Shown here: piece by piece, positions 32,428-43,007 of the stretch
How the letters are laid out: the number at the start of each line of letters is the position of its first letter
Position numbering within the stretch: position 1 is the stretch's first letter
Assembly: GCA_964642655.1 (NCBI GenBank)
Contig: CAZXOY010000002.1
Span: 41,866-105,865 of the forward strand
DNA: 64,000 bases
Reading direction: 5' to 3'
DNA from: an uncultured bacterium
GTDB lineage: Bacteria; Deinococcota; Deinococci; Deinococcales; Marinithermaceae
The notes under the pieces: model-generated
Told to the model about the DNA's origin: nothing
Databases searched by the model: none
Seen by the model: the letters and a program-made list of their open reading frames with translations, nothing else
Translations under genes and position numbers: made by a program

Positions 32428-34239
32428 ATGGAACGTTCGTGGCGTATCGGCGGCCCCCAGGGGTCGGGCATCGAGACCGCGGCCATGCTCTTCGCCCGGG
32501 CGCTCGCCCTGGGCGGGCTCAGCGTCCTGGGCCGGCGCGAATACCACTCCAACATCATGGGGCGGCACAGTTATCTCGAGGTCCGCTTCGGAGAAACGCC
32601 GCCGCTGGCCTTCCCCGGAGCGGCCGATCTGCTGGTCGCCCTCGAGGCTGAGACCCTGGCCCGCCACCTGGGCGAGGTGCGACCGGGCGGGGCGGTGCTC
32701 TATCCACCCGAGGTTGAAGGGTTCAGGCTCTCGAAACTCCCCTTTCTCGACACCCGACCGCGGGAAGAGCTGGCCGCAAGGCTCGGCGAGGCGGACCCCG
32801 ACATCCGGATGATTTTGGACGCTTTTCGTCAAAGCGGCGTTGAAACCATTCCCATCCCCTTCGAGAAATACGCCACCCAAGCCGGCGCGGCGCTCGGGCT
32901 CCGCCCCATCGCCGCCAAGCGGGCGACCAACACCGCGGCCGTCGCCTCAAGCCTCGCCTATCTCGGGTACCCCCAGGATTTCCTCCTCGAGGCCCTCACC
33001 CGGCAGTTCAGCGACAAACCCGAGGTGCTCGCGCTCAACCGCGAGGTGGTGGCCACGGCCTACGCCCAAAAGCTGCCAAAACCGCCTTTTGAGGTCCCTG
33101 GCCTGAGGGTAAAAAAACCCCGCCTCTTCCTCACCGGCAGTCAGGCCGCCGCCCTGGGGAAGCTGGCCGGGGGGCTTTCCTTCCAGACCTACTACCCCAT
33201 CAGCCCGGCCACCGACGAGAGCTTTTACCTCGAGGCCCACCCCCAGGGCGGCGCCACCACCGTCCAGGTCGAGGACGAGCTCGCCGCCGTCACCATGGCC
33301 ATCGGCGCGGCGATGAGCGGCGCCCGGGCTGCCACCGCCACCAGCGGCCCCGGTTTCTCGCTGATGGCTGAGGCGCTGGGCTTTGCTGGAATCACGGAAA
33401 CGCCGCTGGTGGTCACCCTCTACCAGCGGGGCGGCCCCTCAACCGGCCTGCCCACCCGCAACGAGCAGGGGGATCTCCTCTTTTCCATCTTCGCCGGCCA
33501 CGGCGAATTCCCCCGCATCGTGATCGCCTCCGGAGACCTGGAGGAAGCCTTCTTCGACGCCGCCTGGAGTTTGGAGCTGGCCCAGGCCTATCAGACGGTG
33601 GTGATCCACCTCCTCGACAAGGAACTGGCTTCCCGCTTTGCCACCGTGGATGAAAAGGCGCTCTCCACGCCGGAGATCCAGGAACGAAAGGCCGGGCTGG
33701 AGGGTTCAAGACCGCTCCCCCGTTTCGACCTCGACGCGCACGTGCCCTTGGGTACAGCGGGCACCCACTACTGGATCACCTCCGACGAACACGACGCCTT
33801 TGGCCACATCAGCGAAGACCCGGTGGTGCGGAGGCGGATGATGGAGAGGCGCGCCCAAAAGCTTGCCCGCGCCGCCCGCGAGGTCCCGGACGAACTCAAA
33901 TTTCATCTCTACGGAAGGGGCGAAAAAATCCTCGTCGGCTGGGGATCGGTCAAGGGAGCGGCGAGGTGGGCCACCCAGCGCGCGGGCTGGCGCTACCTCC
34001 ACCTTCGCTGGCTCTGGCCCTTCCCGGAAGCGGTCGCCGAGGTGCTCGCGGATGCCCCCTTCGCCGTGGTGGAAGAGAACCAAAGCGGGCAGCTCGCCGA
34101 GCTCATCCGCCTGGCGAGTGGGCGCTCCCCCAGCCTCGGCGTTCATAAATTCACCGGCCGCCCCATCTTCGGCGAAGAGCTGCGCCGGGCCCTCGAGGGC
34201 GCCCAAGGGCCCCGGGTGGTCTTGATGGAAGGAGTCTGA
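32428..34239 (+). CDS. korA: 2-oxoacid:ferredoxin oxidoreductase alpha (fused alpha/gamma) subunit
   Basis: 603 aa OFOR alpha/gamma architecture; immediately followed by the TPP-binding beta subunit. Confidence 0.85.
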   Translation: MERSWRIGGPQGSGIETAAMLFARALALGGLSVLGRREYHSNIMGRHSYLEVRFGETPPLAFPGAADLLVALEAETLARHLGEVRPGGAVLYPPEVEGFRLSKLPFLDTRPREELAARLGEADPDIRMILDAFRQSGVETIPIPFEKYATQAGAALGLRPIAAKRATNTAAVASSLAYLGYPQDFLLEALTRQFSDKPEVLALNREVVATAYAQKLPKPPFEVPGLRVKKPRLFLTGSQAAALGKLAGGLSFQTYYPISPATDESFYLEAHPQGGATTVQVEDELAAVTMAIGAAMSGARAATATSGPGFSLMAEALGFAGITETPLVVTLYQRGGPSTGLPTRNEQGDLLFSIFAGHGEFPRIVIASGDLEEAFFDAAWSLELAQAYQTVVIHLLDKELASRFATVDEKALSTPEIQERKAGLEGSRPLPRFDLDAHVPLGTAGTHYWITSDEHDAFGHISEDPVVRRRMMERRAQKLARAAREVPDELKFHLYGRGEKILVGWGSVKGAARWATQRAGWRYLHLRWLWPFPEAVAEVLADAPFAVVEENQSGQLAELIRLASGRSPSLGVHKFTGRPIFGEELRRALEGAQGPRVVLMEGV

Positions 34240-34241
34240 AG

Positions 34242-35120
34242 ATGATCAATCCCGACTGGTGTCCAGGTTGCGGGGATTATGGCATCCTCAGCGCGCTCAA
34301 GATGGCCCTCAACGAGCTCGGGATCCCGCCCGAGAAAAACGTCGTGGTCTCCGGCATCGGCTGCTCGGCGAAGACGGTCCATTACATCGACGCCTACGGC
34401 GTCCACACCCTCCACGGCCGGCCGCTGCCGATCGCCCAGGGCATCAAGCTCGCCAACCCCGAGCTCAACGTGGTCGCACTCGCCGGCGACGGCGACGCCC
34501 TGGGCATCGGGGCCGGACACTTCGTGGGGGCGGGGCGGAGAAACGTCGACCTCCTCTATCTCGTCTTCGACAACGAGGTCTACGGCATGACCAAGGGCCA
34601 GGCCTCGCCGACCCTGGCCCTTGGCGCCAGGCCCAAAAGCCTTCCCCGCCCCAACATCCAGGGCAAGGTCAACCCCTTGCTCATGGCGCTCGCCGCCGGA
34701 TTCACCTTCATCGCCCGCGGCTTTGCCTTCGATGTGCAAAGCCTCAAGACGCTGATCAAAAAAGGCATCGAGCACCGGGGCCTGGCCATGATCGACGTCC
34801 TCCAGCCCTGCCCGACCTACAACGACCTGCACACCCGGGCGTACTACGCCGAGCGCACCTATGACCTTGCCGAGACGGGCTACGACCCCGAACTCCCCGC
34901 CGGGGCCGACGCGGCACTGGTGGCGAGCAAGATGGCCGGTTTCTCCGCCAAGGCCCTGGAGTGGGAACCGCGCATTCCGGTCGGGGTCTTCTGGCAACAG
35001 CGCCTGCCCACATTCGAAGAGCGACTGGCCGAATTCGACCCGAACTATCCCCAGATCCCCCCGGCCAAACGGCCAGCCAGGAGGGATCTGGGCCCCCTCC
35101 TCGCCGAACACCGGCTATAG
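34242..35120 (+). CDS. korB: 2-oxoacid:ferredoxin oxidoreductase beta subunit (TPP-binding)
   Basis: GDGDALGIGAGHF TPP motif; GGAAGGAG SD. Confidence 0.9.
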   Translation: MINPDWCPGCGDYGILSALKMALNELGIPPEKNVVVSGIGCSAKTVHYIDAYGVHTLHGRPLPIAQGIKLANPELNVVALAGDGDALGIGAGHFVGAGRRNVDLLYLVFDNEVYGMTKGQASPTLALGARPKSLPRPNIQGKVNPLLMALAAGFTFIARGFAFDVQSLKTLIKKGIEHRGLAMIDVLQPCPTYNDLHTRAYYAERTYDLAETGYDPELPAGADAALVASKMAGFSAKALEWEPRIPVGVFWQQRLPTFEERLAEFDPNYPQIPPAKRPARRDLGPLLAEHRL

Positions 35121-35127
35121 TTGGGCC

Positions 35128-36456
35128 ATGCGTTCGCCCTGGGCTCAGCTCGTCGACGTTGAGCGGGTGGCCCTCTTTCCCCCGCCGGGCCCCATCGAAG
35201 CCGAGATCGCCGTCCCTGGCTCGAAGAGCGTCACCAACCGCGCCCTCCTGCTGGCCGGGTTCGCCGGGGGCCCCTCGAGGCTTGTGGGCATCCTCAAAAG
35301 CGACGATGCGTACTGGGCCGTCGCGGCGCTCAAGACGCTGGGCATCGACGTCGAGGTCAGCGGCGATACCGCCGTGGTCGCCGGCGGCGGCCCGCGCGTT
35401 CGCGAGGCCACGCTCCAGGTGGGCTCGGCGGGGACGCTGGCTCGCTTCCTGAGTGCGATGCTGGCGCTGACCCCCGGCCGCTGGCGGATCGAGGCCAGCC
35501 CCCAGATGCAACGGCGGCCGATCCAACCCCTCCTCGAGGCCCTCGAAAGCCTCGGGGCCACCATCCACGCCCTCAAGACCCCGGGCCGCTTTCCCCTCCT
35601 GATCGAAGGCCGCAAGCTGCCCGGAGGCGAGGTCCGAATCTCGGGGGCCACCTCCAGCCAGTTCGTCAGCGCCCTCCTCATGGCGGCGCCCCTGGCCCAG
35701 ACCCCGATCGAAGTCATCGTCGAAGGCGGCATCGTCCAGGCCGACTACGTACGCATCACCCTGGAAACCCTGGCCGCCTTCGGCATCCGCGCCCAGGCTT
35801 CCCCCGACCTCACCAGGATCACCGTGTTCCCGGGCGCCTATCCCGGCCGCGACCTGGCCCTCGAGGCCGACGCCAGCTCGGCGGCCTACTTCTTCGCCCT
35901 GGCCGCCGCCAGTGGGGGACGCATCCGCGTCACCAACCTCGGCCAAAACACGCTGCAGCCTGACCTCGAGTTCGTCGAGGTGCTTGGCCGCATGGGAGCC
36001 AGGGTCACGAAAACCCCCGATTGGGTCGAGGTCCAAGGCCCTCCCCAACCGCTCAAAGGTGGGTTCACCGTCTCGCTCCGGGCCATGAGCGACCAAACCC
36101 CCACCCTCGCCGTGCTGGCCACATTTGCCGACGCTCCCATCCGCATCAGCGAGGTGGCCCACGTGCGGCACCACGAGTCCGACCGTATCGCGGTCATGGC
36201 AGCCGAGCTGCAAAAGGCCGGCATCAAAGTGCTCGAACACGCGGATGGGCTCACCGTCGAGCCCGGCCGGCCCAAACCCACGCTGCTCGATTCCCACGAC
36301 GACCACCGGGTGGCCATGAGCCTCGCCCTGCTCGCGCTCCGGGCCCCGGGCCTTGCCATCCGCCAACCGGGAACGGTTTCCAAAACCTTTCCCGATTATT
36401 TTGGTTATCTGGAACGTTTAGGATTTCGTCTGCGGTTGTATACTCAAAGGCCATGA
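35128..36456 (+). CDS. aroA: 3-phosphoshikimate 1-carboxyvinyltransferase (EPSP synthase)
   Basis: Motifs PGSKSVTNRALLLA, LQVGSAGTLARF and DDHRVAMSLAL. Confidence 0.9.
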   Translation: MRSPWAQLVDVERVALFPPPGPIEAEIAVPGSKSVTNRALLLAGFAGGPSRLVGILKSDDAYWAVAALKTLGIDVEVSGDTAVVAGGGPRVREATLQVGSAGTLARFLSAMLALTPGRWRIEASPQMQRRPIQPLLEALESLGATIHALKTPGRFPLLIEGRKLPGGEVRISGATSSQFVSALLMAAPLAQTPIEVIVEGGIVQADYVRITLETLAAFGIRAQASPDLTRITVFPGAYPGRDLALEADASSAAYFFALAAASGGRIRVTNLGQNTLQPDLEFVEVLGRMGARVTKTPDWVEVQGPPQPLKGGFTVSLRAMSDQTPTLAVLATFADAPIRISEVAHVRHHESDRIAVMAAELQKAGIKVLEHADGLTVEPGRPKPTLLDSHDDHRVAMSLALLALRAPGLAIRQPGTVSKTFPDYFGYLERLGFRLRLYTQRP

Positions 36457-37445
36457 GTGCGAACAACGCCCCCGAACCGCGATACTGGGAGAAAATGCGT
36501 CTCGTTGCCGAGACCTTGAAGGCCGTTGACGGACCGATCTACATCATCGCCCACGTCGACCCCGACGGCGACGCCCTGGGCAGCACCCTCGGCCTCTACC
36601 GGGCGCTCAAAAAACTCGGCAAGGACGCCTACTGGATCATGGAGCCACCCCGCTTCCTCCGCTTTATTCCCAGGGAGGATGAGTACACCGACCCCGTGAC
36701 CGACCTCCCCGAGAACGCCACCCTGGTGGTCCTGGACTCGGGCGACAAGGACCGGGCCGTCGGTGCACCGGTCGCTGGGTTCGTGATCAATATCGATCAC
36801 CATGGCTCGAACTCGCGCTTCGGGCACATCCACGTCGTCGACCCCACGAAACCGGCGGCGGCGATGATGGTCAAGGACCTCATCGACCTGCTGGAGGTCC
36901 CTTGGGATGAAGACATCGCCACCCCGGTACTGACCGGTACCATGACCGACACCGGCTTTTTCAAGAACGCCAACACCACCCCCGAGGTCTTCCAGCTGGT
37001 CTCCGAGCTCATGGGCTACGGCGTGAAGTACCCCGAGCTCGTCGACCGGCTCTCCTGGCGGCCACCGGAATACTTCAAGCTCACTTCGCTGGTGCTGGGA
37101 ACGGTCCGGTTCCACTTCGACCACCTGGCGGTCAGCGCCCACGTGACCCAGGCCATGACCCAGGAAGCCGGCGCCAGCGAGGAGGACACCGACGACTTCG
37201 TCGGGCTTTTGAAAACCGCGGAGGGCTCGGTGGTGGCCATCTTCTTCAAGGAAAAAGAGGACGGGGTCAAGCTCTCGATCCGCTCCAAGGGCGGGGTCAG
37301 CGCCCAGCGCATCGCGCTGAAGCTCGGCGGTGGCGGCCATGTTCCCGCCGCGGGCGCGACGCTTTTGGGGGTCACCTTGGAAGAGGCGTACGCCAAGACC
37401 CTGGCCGCGGTCGAGGAAGAGCTCAAGCGAACCGGCTACCTCTGA
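36453..37445 (+). CDS. nrnA: DHH-family oligoribonuclease / pAp phosphatase NrnA
   Basis: DHH motifs HVDPDGDALGS and NIDHHGSN, DHHA1 C-terminus; overlaps the aroA stop by 4 nt. Confidence 0.85.
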   Translation: MSANNAPEPRYWEKMRLVAETLKAVDGPIYIIAHVDPDGDALGSTLGLYRALKKLGKDAYWIMEPPRFLRFIPREDEYTDPVTDLPENATLVVLDSGDKDRAVGAPVAGFVINIDHHGSNSRFGHIHVVDPTKPAAAMMVKDLIDLLEVPWDEDIATPVLTGTMTDTGFFKNANTTPEVFQLVSELMGYGVKYPELVDRLSWRPPEYFKLTSLVLGTVRFHFDHLAVSAHVTQAMTQEAGASEEDTDDFVGLLKTAEGSVVAIFFKEKEDGVKLSIRSKGGVSAQRIALKLGGGGHVPAAGATLLGVTLEEAYAKTLAAVEEELKRTGYL

Positions 37446-37469
37446 AACGCCCACCCCAAGGGGGGCTGA

Positions 37470-38432
37470 ATGCGAACCCAAGTGCAGATCGAAGAAGTGG
37501 CGAGGGGGATCTGGCGCCTGAGCTTGCCGATCCCCTACCCGCTCAAGCACGTCCATGCCTATCTCCTCCGGGGTGACGGCGCGGCCCTGGTCGATACCGG
37601 TCTCAAGGCGGGGGCCCTCGAGGCCGCGCTGGCCGAGCTCGGCCTCGGTTTCGGCGATCTCGACGCGGTTTTCATCACCCACCACCACCCCGACCACTAC
37701 GCCCTCGCCGGACGCCTGGAGGCCCAGGGGGCCCAGGTTTTGATGCTCGAGGAAGAGATCCGCCGCGGCCACGCCTTCTGGACCGACTTCGAGACCTGGC
37801 GCGACGCCGGACACCGGGCCTTCCTGGACCACGGGGTCCCCGAGGCCTACATCGAGGGATTTGCCCGCGAGATGGACGAAACCCGGAAGCGGGTCTTTCC
37901 GCCCGAGTCACCGAGGGGCCTCCAGGACGGCCAGACGGTGGAGCTCGCCGGCATGCGCTTTCGGGTCCTCGCGACTCCCGGCCACGCCGAGGGTCAGGCC
38001 GCCCTCTATCGCGAAGACGGGGTGCTCATTGCTGGGGACGCGATCCTCGACCGGGTGAGCCCCATCATCGCCCGCTGGGCCTACAGCAACCCCGATCCCC
38101 TGGCCGACTTCCTGGGTACCCTCGAGCGGCTGGCCGAGCTGGAGGTGGGTCTCACCTTGAGCGGCCACTTCAACCCCCCCGACCTCAAAGCCCGAACCAA
38201 AGCCCTCCAACGCCACCACGCCGAGCGCCTGGAGGCCACCCTCGAGGTCCTCAAAACGGGGCCCAAGACGGCCTGGGAAGCCTCGCTCGCGCTCTTTCCG
38301 GGCGAGCTGCCACCCACCCAGCGCCGCTTCGCCTGGGCCGAAACCCTCGCCCACCTGGAGCACCTTCGATACCAGGGTGAACTCGCCCGCATCCCCGGCC
38401 GCCCCGTGCGCTACGCGCTGGCCACCGGGTGA
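37470..38432 (+). CDS. MBL-fold metallo-hydrolase
   Basis: HHHPDH metal-binding motif and downstream His/Asp ligands. Confidence 0.8.
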   Translation: MRTQVQIEEVARGIWRLSLPIPYPLKHVHAYLLRGDGAALVDTGLKAGALEAALAELGLGFGDLDAVFITHHHPDHYALAGRLEAQGAQVLMLEEEIRRGHAFWTDFETWRDAGHRAFLDHGVPEAYIEGFAREMDETRKRVFPPESPRGLQDGQTVELAGMRFRVLATPGHAEGQAALYREDGVLIAGDAILDRVSPIIARWAYSNPDPLADFLGTLERLAELEVGLTLSGHFNPPDLKARTKALQRHHAERLEATLEVLKTGPKTAWEASLALFPGELPPTQRRFAWAETLAHLEHLRYQGELARIPGRPVRYALATG

Positions 38433-38439
38433 GGCCCAT

Positions 38440-39684
38440 TCAGACCAAAATGATCCGCAGGTCGTTGAGGTTATTGGCGGTGGGGCCGGTCTGAACCAGA
38501 TCCCCGAGGGCGGAAAAGAAGCCGTGGGCGTCGTTTCTGGCCAGGTAGGCCGCGGGATCGAGGCCGAGCGCCAGGGCCCGGTGGAACGAATCCGGGGTGA
38601 GTAGGGCCCCGGCAACGTCGGTATTCCCGTCGATACCATCCGAATCCACCGCCAGGGCCCACACGCCCTCGGGGCCCAGGTAGAAAAGGAGCCAGAGCAA
38701 AAACTCCTGGTTGCGCCCGCCCCGGCCTTCGCCACTCACCGTGACGCTGGCCTCGCCACCGCTCAAAAGGGCAAAGGGCGGCCGGCGGGGCAAGCCGCGC
38801 TTGCGCGCGCTCAAAATGATCTCGGCGTGGACTCGGGCAAGGTCCCTGGCCTCGCCGGTCAGGCGGTCGGAGAGGATCAGGGTCGGAAAGCCCTTTTCCT
38901 CGAGATAGTCGGCGGCCGATTGCAAAAGATCGGCGTTCGAAGCGAGGATTTCGGTTTCCACTCCGGAAAACACGGGCGCGCCCGGTTTTGGCGTTTCCGG
39001 GAGTTCACCCCGGGCTCCGGCCTCGAGGTGAGCCCGGGCCTTCTTGGAAGTGACGCCGTAGCGGTCGAGGACCCCCAGCGCGTCCTCGAAGGTGGTGGGG
39101 TCGGGCACCGCGGGCCCCGAGGCGATGGTGCTGGGATCATCGCCGGGAACGTCGGAAAGCAGCAAGGCCCGGACCCGGGCCGGATAGGCGGCCTCCGCCA
39201 AGCGCCCGCCCTTGATGCGCGAGAGGTGCTTGCGCACCGCGTTGATCTCGTGGATCGAGGCGCCGCTCTTCAAGAGTTCCCTGGTCAGGCCCTGCTTTTC
39301 CTCAAGCGTCACGCCCCAGGGCGCGGCCCAAAGGGCACTCCCCCCTCCCGAAACGAGCAGAAGCAGGAAATCGCCGGAACCCAGGCTTTGGGCCAGGGCG
39401 AGCGCTTCGTCCGCCGCCGCCTCCGAATTGCGATCCGGAACCGGGTGGCCCGCCTCAACGAGACGCATTCGCGAAAGCTTGCCCGCATGTCCATAACGGG
39501 TCACCCCAAAGCCGATCGCGTCCGGCCAGACCTCCTCCACCGCCTTCAGCATGGGCCAGGCCGCTTTACCAACCGCCAGCACGTGGGCGCGGGGCGGCGG
39601 TGGGCCGAGGGCTTCGCCGACCAGACGGTAGGGATCGGTGGCGAACAGCGCCCGATCGAGGGCTGCCCGGAGCAACTCGCGCAC
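38440..39684 (-). CDS. Glycerate 2-kinase (MOFRL family)
   Basis: MOFRL N- and C-terminal domains; 414 aa; GTG start. Confidence 0.85.
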   Translation of the reverse strand: MRELLRAALDRALFATDPYRLVGEALGPPPPRAHVLAVGKAAWPMLKAVEEVWPDAIGFGVTRYGHAGKLSRMRLVEAGHPVPDRNSEAAADEALALAQSLGSGDFLLLLVSGGGSALWAAPWGVTLEEKQGLTRELLKSGASIHEINAVRKHLSRIKGGRLAEAAYPARVRALLLSDVPGDDPSTIASGPAVPDPTTFEDALGVLDRYGVTSKKARAHLEAGARGELPETPKPGAPVFSGVETEILASNADLLQSAADYLEEKGFPTLILSDRLTGEARDLARVHAEIILSARKRGLPRRPPFALLSGGEASVTVSGEGRGGRNQEFLLWLLFYLGPEGVWALAVDSDGIDGNTDVAGALLTPDSFHRALALGLDPAAYLARNDAHGFFSALGDLVQTGPTANNLNDLRIILV

Positions 39685-39778
39685 GCCCCAAGCTTACCCC
39701 GAGCCGCCAGGCGAGTGCCTACGGGCTTACCAACACACCGATGCAAGATTGGCGCTCGTTCGCCTTTCCCCCGGGTCC

Positions 39779-39806
39779 CCCCCGCCGCGTTTTGCCGCGG
39801 CGGGGG
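39779..39806 (-). terminator. Hairpin terminator at the end of the liv-containing operon
   Basis: CCCCCGCCGCG-ttttgc-CGCGGCGGGGG, within 3 nt of the livF stop. Confidence 0.55.
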
Positions 39807-39808
39807 AC

Positions 39809-40510
39809 TCAGAAGGCCAGGTAGGCCCGCTGCACCGCGGGATTCTCGCGGAGGCTCGAGGCGGAGCCCTCGAGGACCACTCGGCCGTGCTCCAAAACGT
39901 ATCCGCGATCGGCGACCTCGAGGGAAAGGGCCACGTTCTGTTCCACCAGGAGCACCCCCACGCCCCGGCTTCGCACCGATTCGAAAACCGAGAGCACTTC
40001 CTGGGCCAGGTTCGGGGCCAGGCCGAGGCTGGGCTCGTCGACCAAAAGGACCTTCGGCTGCCCCATCAGCGCCCGGGCAATGGCCAGCATCTGCTGCTCA
40101 CCGCCGGAGAGGGTGCCGGCGAGCTGGTTTTTGCGTTCCGCAAGCCTGGGAAACAGTTCGAAGACCCAGGCAAGGGAGGCTTCAAAGGCGTCCATGGCCA
40201 AGAAGGCGGCCCCGAGCCTGAGGTTTTCAATCACCGTCATCAGCGGGAAAAGCTGTCGCCCCTCGGGCACGTGTCCGAGGCCCATCCGTGCCCGCGAAGC
40301 GGCGCTCGTGGGCCCAAGGTCGACCCCGTTCAGCCGCACCTGCCCCCGCCAGGGCCGGCAAAGCCCCGAGATCACCCTCAGCGTGGTGGTCTTGCCCGCC
40401 CCGTTGGCCCCGAGCAGCGCCACCAGCTCCCCGGGGCCAACGGTGAGCGAAACCCCCCACAGCACCTGCGCTTTACCGTAGCCGGCCTCGACGTCCAAAA
40501 GCTCAAGCAC
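39809..40510 (-). CDS. livF: Branched-chain/hydrophobic amino-acid-type ABC transporter ATP-binding protein (LivF-like)
   Basis: GANGAGKTT Walker A, LSGGEQQMLAIARAL signature; GTG start at 40508-40510 with GGAGGA SD preferred over the extended ORF. Confidence 0.85.
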   Translation of the reverse strand: MLELLDVEAGYGKAQVLWGVSLTVGPGELVALLGANGAGKTTTLRVISGLCRPWRGQVRLNGVDLGPTSAASRARMGLGHVPEGRQLFPLMTVIENLRLGAAFLAMDAFEASLAWVFELFPRLAERKNQLAGTLSGGEQQMLAIARALMGQPKVLLVDEPSLGLAPNLAQEVLSVFESVRSRGVGVLLVEQNVALSLEVADRGYVLEHGRVVLEGSASSLRENPAVQRAYLAF

Positions 40511-41234
40511 CGCGATCCTCCCCCCGACGCCCGAGGTAGGCCTCGCGCACCCTGGGCTGCCGCGCCACGGCCTCATACGTGCCCTCGGCGATGACCTCCC
40601 CGTGATCCATCACCACCACCCGATCGGCGAGCGCCCGCACCACCGGCATCACGTGCTCGATGAAGAGAATGCTCACGCCTTCTTCGCGCAGGGAACGGAT
40701 GAACGCCACCGTCTCCTTGGCCTCCACGGGCCTGAGCCCGGCCATGACCTCGTCGAGCAGGAGCAGCTTGGGCCGGGTGGCCAGGGCCCGCGCGACCTCG
40801 AGGCGCTTGTCCTCGACCAGCGTCAGGTTCGAGGCCACCTGATCAGCATGAGCGGCAAGGCCCGTACGCACCAGCACCTCATCGACCCACCGCCGGGCCT
40901 CGGCCACCCCGAGGCCCGGCGAACCGAACAGCGCCCCCACCATGAGGTTCTCACGCACCGTCATCTCGGGAAAGGGCTCGACGATCTGAAAAGCCCGCCC
41001 AAGCCCCAGATGCGTTCGCCGTTCGGGTGGCATACGGGTGATATCGCGGCCCTCGAGGAGAATCCGGCCCTTGCTGGGGCGAATGAGCCCCGAGATCAAA
41101 TTGAGCAAGGTGCTCTTCCCCGCCCCGTTCGGGCCGATCACCGCCAGAATCTCGCCCGCGTTGACGGTCAAACTCACCTCGCTCACCGCGAGGAGACCGC
41201 CATAGGCCTTGGACACGCCTTCAACCCTGAGCAC
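40503..41234 (-). CDS. livG: ABC transporter ATP-binding protein (LivG-like)
   Basis: [12 protein letters not shown] Walker A, ABC signature and Walker [12 protein letters not shown]. Confidence 0.85.
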   Translation of the reverse strand: MLRVEGVSKAYGGLLAVSEVSLTVNAGEILAVIGPNGAGKSTLLNLISGLIRPSKGRILLEGRDITRMPPERRTHLGLGRAFQIVEPFPEMTVRENLMVGALFGSPGLGVAEARRWVDEVLVRTGLAAHADQVASNLTLVEDKRLEVARALATRPKLLLLDEVMAGLRPVEAKETVAFIRSLREEGVSILFIEHVMPVVRALADRVVVMDHGEVIAEGTYEAVARQPRVREAYLGRRGEDRGA

Positions 41235-42129
41235 GGTGCTTCCAAAGCCTCACCAGGCCACCGGGGAGAAACAGCACGGTCACCACCAGCAACACCCCGT
41301 AAACGATGAGGTACCCCTGACCGATCTCCAGCCTGAGGAAATTCTCTAAACCCGTCAGCAAAAGCCCGCCCAGGAGCGGACCGGTGGTGGTATAGAGGCC
41401 ACCGAAGATCGGAATCACCAGCGCCTCCACCGCGCGAACCAAGCCAAAGGCATCGTACGAAGTAAGGAAGAGCGCCTTCTGGGCGTAAACCCCGCCGGCG
41501 AGCCCTGCGAGGAAGCTCGAGACCACGAGCGCCCCCAGCTTGACCGACGTCGCGGGAACGCCGAGCACCCGGGCCACCGCCTCCCGCTGCCGAACCGCGG
41601 CCGCGGCGAAGCGCCAGCGACTTCGCTCCAAAAGCAGACTCGCCCCCACCGCCACCGCGAGAACGGCCAGCGCGAGATAGTAAACCGCCATCGGAGCCCC
41701 GGGGAAAGCGGCTGGCAGGGGGTACCCCCACGGCCCGCCGAGAAACTCCACCGGCGCCTTGAGCACCAGGGTGCGCATCACCTCGCTGTAGGCCAGCGAA
41801 GCGATGGCGAAGTAAATGCCGAGGAGCCGGAGCGTGAGCGCCCCCAGCAAGGCCCCGTTGATGGCCGCGGCGACGGCGCCGAGAAAAAGCGCGACAAAAG
41901 GCCCTGTCCCGTGGTTCATGGCGTAGGCGGTGGCGTAGGCCCCAACGCCAAAAAAGGCCCCGTGAGCCAGGGAAAGCTGCCCGGTCCGGGCCATGAGGTC
42001 CCACGAGAGCGCGAGGGCGGTGATCACAAAGGCAAAGGGGGCGGCATCCAAAACGAAAGCGCGCCACACCCCAAGCGGCACCGCGGGCAGCAAAAGGGCC
42101 AGGAGGAAGACGAAGCCGACGAGCCTCAC
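41221..42129 (-). CDS. livM: ABC transporter permease (LivM-like); start uncertain
   Basis: Polytopic permease; start placed at GTG 42127-42129, which overlaps the livH stop as GTGA; the longer ORF would overlap livH extensively. Confidence 0.75.
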   Translation of the reverse strand: MRLVGFVFLLALLLPAVPLGVWRAFVLDAAPFAFVITALALSWDLMARTGQLSLAHGAFFGVGAYATAYAMNHGTGPFVALFLGAVAAAINGALLGALTLRLLGIYFAIASLAYSEVMRTLVLKAPVEFLGGPWGYPLPAAFPGAPMAVYYLALAVLAVAVGASLLLERSRWRFAAAAVRQREAVARVLGVPATSVKLGALVVSSFLAGLAGGVYAQKALFLTSYDAFGLVRAVEALVIPIFGGLYTTTGPLLGGLLLTGLENFLRLEIGQGYLIVYGVLLVVTVLFLPGGLVRLWKHRAQG

Positions 42130-42983
42130 ACCACCCTCCAGCTCCGAAGCACCAGCGCGGCGAAGATCACGAAGAAGAAGACCGCCTCGACCCACCCACC
42201 ACCACCAGGGACGTAGGTGGAAACGAACGCCTCGGCCAAAGCCAGTACCAGCGAGGCCCAAAGCACCCCGGCGATGTTCCCAAGCCCGGCCATCACCACG
42301 ATGGCAAAGGCCTTGAGAGTGTAGATGAACCCAACGGTGGGACTGGCGTAGAGCATCACCGAAAGCATCACCCCGGCCAGGCCGGCGAGGGCCGCGGAAA
42401 GGCCAAAAGCGAAGGCATAGACGTTTTCGATCTCGATTCCCAAAAGCCCCGGAGCCATCCGGTTTTGCGCCACCGCCCTCACGGCCAGCCCCCAGCGACT
42501 CCTCTTTAAAAAGGCGTGCAGCAGGAATAGGAGCAGATAGGAGAGGACGAACGAGATCAATGGCACCCAGCCGAAGGCCAAAAAACCCAGCGAGAGCGAG
42601 GCGCCCTGGTAGGGGGGGTTGACCACGCGGGTATCCCCGCCAAAGAGAAGCAAGGCCAGATTTTGCAAGACGATGGACAGACCAAACGTCAGCAGCATCT
42701 GATTGAGCTCCGGGGCCAGCAACACCGGGCGGATCAGCCAGCGATACACGAGGGCGCCGGCCAAAAAGAGCGCCAGGGCAGCGATGCCCAGCGAGAAGAC
42801 CGGGTCCACCCCGCGCGCCACGAAGAGCAAATAGCTGAGGAACGCCCCGATCATCAAGAACTCCCCGTGGGCGAAGTTCACAATGCCCACGACCCCGAGA
42901 GCGATGGCGAGGCCGCTCGCCACCAGGGCATACACCCCGGAGGCGAGCAGGCCGTTCATGAGCGTTTGCAAAAAGAGTTCCAC
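42126..42983 (-). CDS. livH: ABC transporter permease (LivH-like)
   Basis: MELFLQTLMNGLLASGVYALVASGLAI... typical LivH. Confidence 0.85.
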   Translation of the reverse strand: MELFLQTLMNGLLASGVYALVASGLAIALGVVGIVNFAHGEFLMIGAFLSYLLFVARGVDPVFSLGIAALALFLAGALVYRWLIRPVLLAPELNQMLLTFGLSIVLQNLALLLFGGDTRVVNPPYQGASLSLGFLAFGWVPLISFVLSYLLLFLLHAFLKRSRWGLAVRAVAQNRMAPGLLGIEIENVYAFAFGLSAALAGLAGVMLSVMLYASPTVGFIYTLKAFAIVVMAGLGNIAGVLWASLVLALAEAFVSTYVPGGGGWVEAVFFFVIFAALVLRSWRVV

Positions 42984-43007
42984 GTCGCTCCCCGCGTCAA
43001 ACCGGCT

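Noticed and set aside
34756-36366. 536-aa minus-strand ORF
   Set aside because: It is antisense to korB and aroA, both of which have clear family motifs. It is a GC-driven artefact.
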